The position numbers and the translations under genes are program-made. Positions 58,593 to 64,000 of a stretch of 64,000 bases of DNA are shown here, one piece after another; within the stretch, counting starts at the first letter, position 1; each line of letters opens with the position of its first letter. Where the stretch lies: positions 1 through 64,000 of the forward strand of contig CBDUPA010000006.1 in the NCBI GenBank assembly GCA_965368975.1, read 5' to 3'. The DNA is from an uncultured bacterium (GTDB taxonomy: Bacteria > Acidobacteriota > Thermoanaerobaculia > Multivoradales > JAHZIX01). The notes under the pieces are model-generated. The model was not told where the DNA came from, searched no databases, and saw only the letters and a program-made list of their open reading frames with translations.

Positions 58593-59891
58593 TCACCAGT
58601 TGAGGGTCAGACCCACCAGCCAGGCATCGGTCTCGTAGGTACCGTTGAAACCGTCGCGGTTGGTGCTGGTGCTGCGCTTGTCAGCGTCCAGGTACATGAC
58701 GGCGAAGTCCAGCAGACCGCTGGCGGTGCCGTAGCCGAAGGTGAAGCCCTTGCGCTCGGCGTCCGGCAGCAGCGGGCCCACCGACTCGTCCGGCTGCGGT
58801 GACTCGTCGAGCACGAAGCCGAAGCGAAGCTGAGCGTTGCTGCGCAGGTCGTAGCGGAAGCCGATGCGGTAGTTGTACGCATCCTCGTAGTTCTGCGGTA
58901 CGTCGGAGCTGAGGTCCGGGCGCGACGGGAAGGTCAGAGGCAGCACGTCGAAGCTGCTCCAGCCGGTCCAGTTGACGTCGACTTCGGTGAGCAGCCGGTG
59001 GGTCAGGCGCAGGGCGAGGCCGACGCTGAGCTGGTCCGGGAACTCGACCGAAGTCTCGACCGGGATCGAGCTGCCGATCGGCAGGGTCGCGGCGATCGCG
59101 GCGTCGAGCTGCGGGTTGCCGGTGGCGACCTGCGAGAAGGCGCCGTCACCGCCGTAGTCGATCTCGATCTTGCTGCGGTAGGAGACGCCGAAGGAGACGT
59201 TCTGGTTGAGCTTGTGAAGAAAGCCGACGTTCCAACCGATGCCGCTGTCCCTGTCACTCTCGAGCTGCACGCCAGCGGCGTCCACGACCCCGAAGGTGAA
59301 GGGGTTGACGGTCGGGATGCGGCGCTGCAACTCGACGGTCGAGAAGCGGCCGACGACGCCGAAGCCGATGCCGGTGTTGGGCGTCGGGCGCCAGGCCACG
59401 GCGGCGTTGAGGTCGATCACCGTCAGCTCGGCGAGCTGGCTGATGTAGCGACCGGCGAAGTCGTTCGGGTTCTCCCATTCGGTCTTGAGGCCGAAGGGGC
59501 TGTTGAGCGCCAGGCCGAGATTCCAGGTCTCGGTCAGCGGCCGGATGTAGTAGATGTGCGGCGGGAAGGCATCGAGGTCTTCCATGCGCGTCGAGTAGCC
59601 TTCACCAGGGAAAGGATTCTCACCCTGGAAGCGCGAGCCGTTGACGCCGATGTACGTCAGGCCGGCGCTGAATTTCTGTTCTTCGAAGAACGCGACGCCG
59701 CCCAGGTTGTGAAACATGGCCGAGGGGTCGTCGGCCTGAGCGGTGAAGGCGCCGGCCATGCCCATGGCCTTGCTGCCTTGTTCAAAGATGCCGAAGGCCG
59801 CGCCGTGAGCGGCCGTGCCGCCGAATGTGAATGCTGTCGCCAGCATCAGCGTCACCGCTGGCAGGAGCGGTGCAGAGATTCGCCTGCGCAT
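58593..59891 (-). CDS. FadL/OmpP1/TodX-family outer-membrane transporter
   Basis: AAFGIFEQGSKAMGMAGAFTAQADDPSAMFHN hatch motif, SPFGL, PLLPDAER, C-terminal aromatic residue. Confidence 0.9.
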   Translation of the reverse strand: MRRRISAPLLPAVTLMLATAFTFGGTAAHGAAFGIFEQGSKAMGMAGAFTAQADDPSAMFHNLGGVAFFEEQKFSAGLTYIGVNGSRFQGENPFPGEGYSTRMEDLDAFPPHIYYIRPLTETWNLGLALNSPFGLKTEWENPNDFAGRYISQLAELTVIDLNAAVAWRPTPNTGIGFGVVGRFSTVELQRRIPTVNPFTFGVVDAAGVQLESDRDSGIGWNVGFLHKLNQNVSFGVSYRSKIEIDYGGDGAFSQVATGNPQLDAAIAATLPIGSSIPVETSVEFPDQLSVGLALRLTHRLLTEVDVNWTGWSSFDVLPLTFPSRPDLSSDVPQNYEDAYNYRIGFRYDLRSNAQLRFGFVLDESPQPDESVGPLLPDAERKGFTFGYGTASGLLDFAVMYLDADKRSTSTNRDGFNGTYETDAWLVGLTLNW

Positions 59892-60125
59892 GCAGATCCT
59901 CCTATGGTCGAAAACGAGCCGGCGAAACGTCCGCCGGCCGGGTTGCTTGGCTTTCCGGACCCTGGCTGCCGGGCGGCTGCCGATGTCCGGTATATGGAGT
60001 CGCGGTCAAGATGTATAGAGTCGAAGTGCGGAAACTGAGGTCTAGAATTTTCTATAACAATGGGGTTTCGACTGTAGTTGATGCCTTGCGGGGTGTCAAC
60101 GGCTCCCGGCTGCGGTAGCATGGCA

Positions 60126-61124
60126 ATGATGATGCGCCAAAAATGCTTGCAAACGCTCGATTCCGACATCCCGAACCAGGCTTGTGGAGGCGCTGACGGG
60201 GACTCCAGCGCACGGTTGCGGACCCGCCGTGGCCGGCTCTGTCTGCCGGCGCTGCTGGCGTTGGCTTCGTGGCTCCTCGTCGGCCCGGTCCCAGCCTACG
60301 GCCAACAGCCGCTGGGACCCGTCGAGCAGGGTTCGATGGACACCCTGCTGACCTTGCCGGGCGACACGGTCGTCGGGCGCTATGCACCGGGGGCGCTCGA
60401 TCGTGCGGCTCGGTTGCAGGTGCGTCTGATGGCCTTGCACAAGCAACTGAACGATTGGCAGTCTTTCAAGACCCGGCTCGGCTTGTTCGTGCTCGACCAG
60501 GAAACCTGGACGGGCCAGAAGCTGGCACGCCCCTATGGCTTCCCGGTGCGTGTCGGGCCGTTAGCGGTCGCGGTCCCAGCTTGGGGCAACGCCGCGACGG
60601 TGACACTGTGGCAGGATCTGCTCGGCCCCGTGCTGGCCGCGGCGCCCGACTTCTCGGTTCGCGGCACCCCGCAGGAAGTGGCGACCGTCGCGCTGGCGGA
60701 CACTTTCGCGCAGTTGGAGATGTGCCGCGCCTACATCGAGCGGCAGCGCTTGACCGTCGCCGCCGAGCCCTGGCTGGCAGACATTTTGGCCCACGCGGTG
60801 TGCATCACTGCTGACCGTGAGGGTCCACTACCGCCGGCCGTGGATCTGGTCTCGACCCTCGAAGCGGTGGCCAGCCGCGTGCCGCCCGCCACCACCCTCA
60901 GTGGCTACGAGCCGCACATGGAGCTGCGCTCGTGGCTCGGCTACCAGGCTCGTTTCGCCGTCGCTGGCGAATTGATGTGGCAGGAGCACGGCCGGCGCAC
61001 GGTGAAGAAACTCTTCCGACTCCACCGCAAGAAAGGTTCTGCGCTGACCTTTGGTGACCTCCTGGACGAGTGGCCTCAACTGCGCGGCTGGCGTGCAGAG
61101 GCCTTCGCCGCGGTGGGTAGCTGA
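60126..61124 (+). CDS. Hypothetical exported/membrane-anchored protein
   Basis: Long ORF with a hydrophobic stretch (LCLPALLALASWLLVGP); start uncertain (60078-60132). Confidence 0.6.
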   Translation: MMMRQKCLQTLDSDIPNQACGGADGDSSARLRTRRGRLCLPALLALASWLLVGPVPAYGQQPLGPVEQGSMDTLLTLPGDTVVGRYAPGALDRAARLQVRLMALHKQLNDWQSFKTRLGLFVLDQETWTGQKLARPYGFPVRVGPLAVAVPAWGNAATVTLWQDLLGPVLAAAPDFSVRGTPQEVATVALADTFAQLEMCRAYIERQRLTVAAEPWLADILAHAVCITADREGPLPPAVDLVSTLEAVASRVPPATTLSGYEPHMELRSWLGYQARFAVAGELMWQEHGRRTVKKLFRLHRKKGSALTFGDLLDEWPQLRGWRAEAFAAVGS

Positions 61125-61193
61125 GGCGCGGAGACAGCGACCGCCAGAGTCACCGAATAGGCACCCGTGAGTGCACGGCGCGGCGCTCCAGAG

Positions 61194-61230
61194 TGTCCGA
61201 TTTTGGGACAGTGCGTCCCGGAATCGGGCG
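61194..61230 (+). promoter_or_regulatory. Tandem palindromic enhancer (UAS) sites for an NtrC-type sigma54 activator
   Basis: TGTCC-N7-GGACA (61194-61210) and the imperfect copy CGTCC-N7-GGGCG (61214-61230), 20 bp apart, about 80-110 bp upstream of a -24/-12 element. Confidence 0.65.
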
Positions 61231-61306
61231 CCAACACGCTGAAACAAGGGCTGGTCTTGCGCGTAGAGGTCAGGTAGACTGGCGACTCTGCCGCGCCGGC
61301 TCCACC

Positions 61307-61321
61307 TGGCACAAACCTTGC
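61307..61321 (+). promoter_or_regulatory. Sigma54 (-24/-12) promoter
   Basis: TGGCAC-AAACC-TTGC matches TGGCAC-N5-TTGC with exact spacing, about 30 bp before the efflux adaptor start. Confidence 0.85.
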
Positions 61322-61353
61322 CCTGAAGTATAGACCCTTGGAGGAACGTAACC

Positions 61354-62607
61354 GTGGATATACCGCGCGAAGGACATGCTGAGAAAGTACGCAGGAAACG
61401 CATCCTATATGCCATCCTGACCGTTGCCGCGATCACTATCGTCACCGTAGCCCTGGCTCGCCTGGAGCCTGCTGCGCCGACAGTGGAGCGGTCCACGCTG
61501 TACCTCGGCACCGTCGAGCGAGGCGAGATGCTGCGCGAAGTACGCGGTCCCGGTAACCTGGTTCCCGAGGAGCGGCGGTGGATTCCGGCCCGCACCCAGG
61601 GCCGTGTCGAGCACATCATCATCAAGCCCGGCACCGAGGTTCTGCAAGGGACGCCGATCATCGAGTTGAGCAACCCGGACGTCGAGCAGCAGTTCCGCGA
61701 CGCCGAGTTGCAGCTGCGCGCGGCGCAGGCGAACTACGAGGATCTGCGTGTGCGTTTGGAGAGCGACCTGCTCAATCAGCGCGCCGCGGCAGCCGCGATC
61801 GAAGCCGATTATCAGGCCGCCCAACTCGACGCCGAGGCCAATGAAGAATTGGCCAAGGACGGCTTGGTGCCGGACATCGAGCTGCGTCGTTCGCGCATCC
61901 GCGCCGAGCAGTTGAAGAACCGCAACGAGATCGAGAAGGAGCGCCTGGCCAAGACAGCAGAGTCGCTGGAGGCGCAGCTCAACTCTCAGCGAGCGCAGCT
62001 GGAGCAGTCGCGAGAGCTCTACAACCTGCGCAAGGAAGAGCAAGACTCTCTGATCGTGCGCTCGCCGCTCAGCGGCGTGCTGCAGGTGGTGCCGGTGGAA
62101 GAAGGTGAGCAAGTCGCCCCGGGTGCCAACCTGGCCCGTGTCGCGATGCCCGATCGTCTGATGGCAGAGCTGCGCATCGCCGAGACCCAGGCCAAGGACA
62201 TCCAGGTCGGCCAGCTGGCCACCATCGACACCCGCAACGGCGTCATTCCTGGCAACGTTCGCCGGATCGACCCGGCGGCCCAGGAAGGCACGGTGACGGT
62301 CGAGGTCGAGTTGACCGGTGAGTTGCCGCGTGGCGCCCGCCCCGACCTGAGTGTCGACGGCGTGATCGAGATCGAGCGCTTGGCGAACGTGCTGCACGTT
62401 CTGCGCCCGGCCTACGGCCAGGCCAACAGCAAGATCAGCCTGTTCAAGCTCAGCGAGGACGGCAGCCGCGCACAGCGCGTCCAGGTCCAGCTTGGCCGCA
62501 GTTCCGTCAGTACCTTCGAGATCGTCGAGGGCTTGCAAGAAGGCGACGCGGTGATCCTTTCGGACACCTCGCAGTACGACTCCTTCGATCGCCTGAACGT
62601 AGACTGA
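61354..62607 (+). CDS. Efflux periplasmic adaptor (HlyD/MacA-like membrane fusion protein)
   Basis: GGAGG RBS with GTG start; N-terminal TM; lipoyl half-motifs GRVEHIIIKPG and VRSPLSGV; coiled coil; GLQEGDAVI. Confidence 0.93.
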   Translation: MDIPREGHAEKVRRKRILYAILTVAAITIVTVALARLEPAAPTVERSTLYLGTVERGEMLREVRGPGNLVPEERRWIPARTQGRVEHIIIKPGTEVLQGTPIIELSNPDVEQQFRDAELQLRAAQANYEDLRVRLESDLLNQRAAAAAIEADYQAAQLDAEANEELAKDGLVPDIELRRSRIRAEQLKNRNEIEKERLAKTAESLEAQLNSQRAQLEQSRELYNLRKEEQDSLIVRSPLSGVLQVVPVEEGEQVAPGANLARVAMPDRLMAELRIAETQAKDIQVGQLATIDTRNGVIPGNVRRIDPAAQEGTVTVEVELTGELPRGARPDLSVDGVIEIERLANVLHVLRPAYGQANSKISLFKLSEDGSRAQRVQVQLGRSSVSTFEIVEGLQEGDAVILSDTSQYDSFDRLNVD

Positions 62608-62702
62608 ACGGAATGAGTCGGCGCCGATGAAACAAAACCTTGCCCGGCGTCGTCTAATTTGAGGAACGAGGAACGGAACCCGAAATCTGAGGAGAGAAAC
62701 CC

Positions 62703-63410
62703 ATGAGCGAGTCCACCCAGTCCCTGCTACACCTGGATGGCATCAAGAAGGTCTTCCTGACCGACGAAGTCGAAACCCATGCCTTGGCCGGCATTCACAT
62801 GGATATCCAGAAGGGCGAGTACGTCTCGATCTCCGGGCCGTCGGGTTGCGGTAAGTCGACCCTGCTGTCCATTCTGGGACTGCTGGACACGCCGAGCGAC
62901 GGTGAGTACATCCTCAACGGCCACTCCGTGGCCCGCCTGAGCATGGCCGACCGCGCGCGTATCCGGAACCGCGAGATCGGCTTCATCTTCCAGGCGTTCA
63001 ACCTGATCGGCGACCTGACCGTCTACGAGAACGTCGAACTACCCCTGACCTACCGCGGCATGGGCGGCGCCGAGCGCAAGGAGCGCGTGGCCAAGGCCCT
63101 CGAGCGTGTCGGCATGGCGCACCGCATGAAGCACTATCCGTCGCAACTCTCCGGTGGTCAGCAGCAGCGCGTTGCCGTGGCGCGCGCGGTGGTCGGCGAC
63201 CCGGCCATCCTGCTCGCCGACGAGCCGACCGGTAACCTCGACTCGACCAACGGCGAAGCCGTGATGGACCTGATGAGAGAGTTGCACAAGGCCGGTTCCA
63301 CCATCTGCATGGTGACCCACGATCCGCGCTACGCCAGCTACGCTGACCGCACCATTCGCCTGTTCGACGGCCGTATCGTCGAAGAGGGCGGCCAGACCGA
63401 AGAGGGCTGA
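62703..63410 (+). CDS. ABC transporter ATP-binding protein (LolD/MacB-like)
   Basis: Walker A GPSGCGKS, LSGGQQQR, Walker B LLADEPTGNLD, VTHD. Confidence 0.96.
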   Translation: MSESTQSLLHLDGIKKVFLTDEVETHALAGIHMDIQKGEYVSISGPSGCGKSTLLSILGLLDTPSDGEYILNGHSVARLSMADRARIRNREIGFIFQAFNLIGDLTVYENVELPLTYRGMGGAERKERVAKALERVGMAHRMKHYPSQLSGGQQQRVAVARAVVGDPAILLADEPTGNLDSTNGEAVMDLMRELHKAGSTICMVTHDPRYASYADRTIRLFDGRIVEEGGQTEEG

Positions 63411-63657
63411 ACCCCCGCTCGCGCCGACGGCCCAGCGGCTCACCTAGATGGAGGGCCGCTGCCCGGCGGCAATCTGTGGCTGCGTCCCAACCATCTGAAT
63501 CCTGAAACAGACTCTCCCTCGGAGCGGGTGCCCGGTAAAGGCCGGTGTGCCTGCACGGGGTTCGTCTGTCCGCGGCGAGATCGTGTGCTGGCCATTGTTG
63601 CTCGCCGTCTTCGAGTTGTCCGTCGTCCTCGAGTTGCAAGAGTGAAGTGGAGATCCT

Positions 63658-64000
63658 ATGCAGCCTCTGATCCGCCTCGACAATCTCGACCGCTTCTACG
63701 AGACCGGTTTCGGTCGTACCTTCGTGCTGCGTCGCATCAGCCTCGAAGTGCAGCAGGGCGAGTTCATCTCGATTATGGGACCCTCGGGTGCCGGCAAGTC
63801 GACGCTGCTGCACATCCTCGGCATGCTCGACAACGAGTGGGAAGGCGAGTACTACCTGGACGGCAATGCGGTGCACGAGCTGAAGCGCAAGAAGCGCAAC
63901 GAGCTGCACAAGCAATACGTCGGCTTCGTCTTCCAGAGCTACCATTTGCTCGACGACCTCACCGTCTACGAGAACCTGGAGCTGCCGCTGTCCTACAAGG
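63658..64000 (+). CDS. Second ABC transporter ATP-binding protein, 3'-truncated (absent from the ORF track)
   Basis: GGAG RBS and ATG 63658: MQPLIRLDNLDRFY...GEFISIMGPSGAGKSTLLHILG...GFVFQSYHLLDDLTVYENLELPL, running off the window. Confidence 0.93.
   Translation, partial: MQPLIRLDNLDRFYETGFGRTFVLRRISLEVQQGEFISIMGPSGAGKSTLLHILGMLDNEWEGEYYLDGNAVHELKRKKRNELHKQYVGFVFQSYHLLDDLTVYENLELPLSYK

Noticed and set aside
63411-63657. Structured RNA or small ORF (63444-63683, minus strand) between the two ABC ATPases
   Set aside because: Only weak hairpins and one short imperfect direct repeat; no recognisable RNA family or coding signal.

Overview
High-GC bacterial DNA. The gene content (MacAB-type exporter with tandem ABC ATPases, a TonB-C-terminal-like secreted protein, a GT39-like membrane protein) suggests Acidobacteriota; this is inference only. 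About 40 kb is a non-ribosomal peptide synthetase (NRPS) assembly line in three genes. NRPS1 (<2-13171, 5'-truncated) reads A[MT]-T-C-A-T-C-A-T-C-A-T. NRPS2 (21146-40837) reads C-A-T-C-A[MT]-T-C-A[MT]-T-C-A-T-C-A-T. NRPS3 (40834-48279) reads C-A-T-C-A-T-TE. Together they give at least 11 modules, three embedded N-methyltransferases, no epimerase domains and mostly hydrophobic A-domain pockets. An 8 kb block separates NRPS1 from NRPS2 and holds a radical SAM/SPASM enzyme, two glycosyltransferases, an FHA-GAF-HD-GYP protein and two secreted proteins. Directly after the TE is a selD whose true N-terminus, missed by the ORF track, contains an in-frame UGA (selenocysteine) and a SECIS-like hairpin. 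Further on are an amino-acid dehydrogenase, an aminopeptidase, an HpgT-like aminotransferase paired with a half-size HPPD/HmaS-like VOC enzyme, an Ig-like repeat protein, an HDAC-family deacetylase, a GDSL lipase with FadL, and a sigma54-driven efflux/ABC operon. The most notable items are the uncharacterised N-methylated peptide assembly line, atypical DH-motif condensation domains with near-identical docking heads at both protein junctions, the HpgT plus mini-dioxygenase pair, the Sec-containing selD next to the NRPS, and many in-frame 15-bp micro-duplications. All domain and substrate calls were made by eye and need HMM/antiSMASH confirmation.
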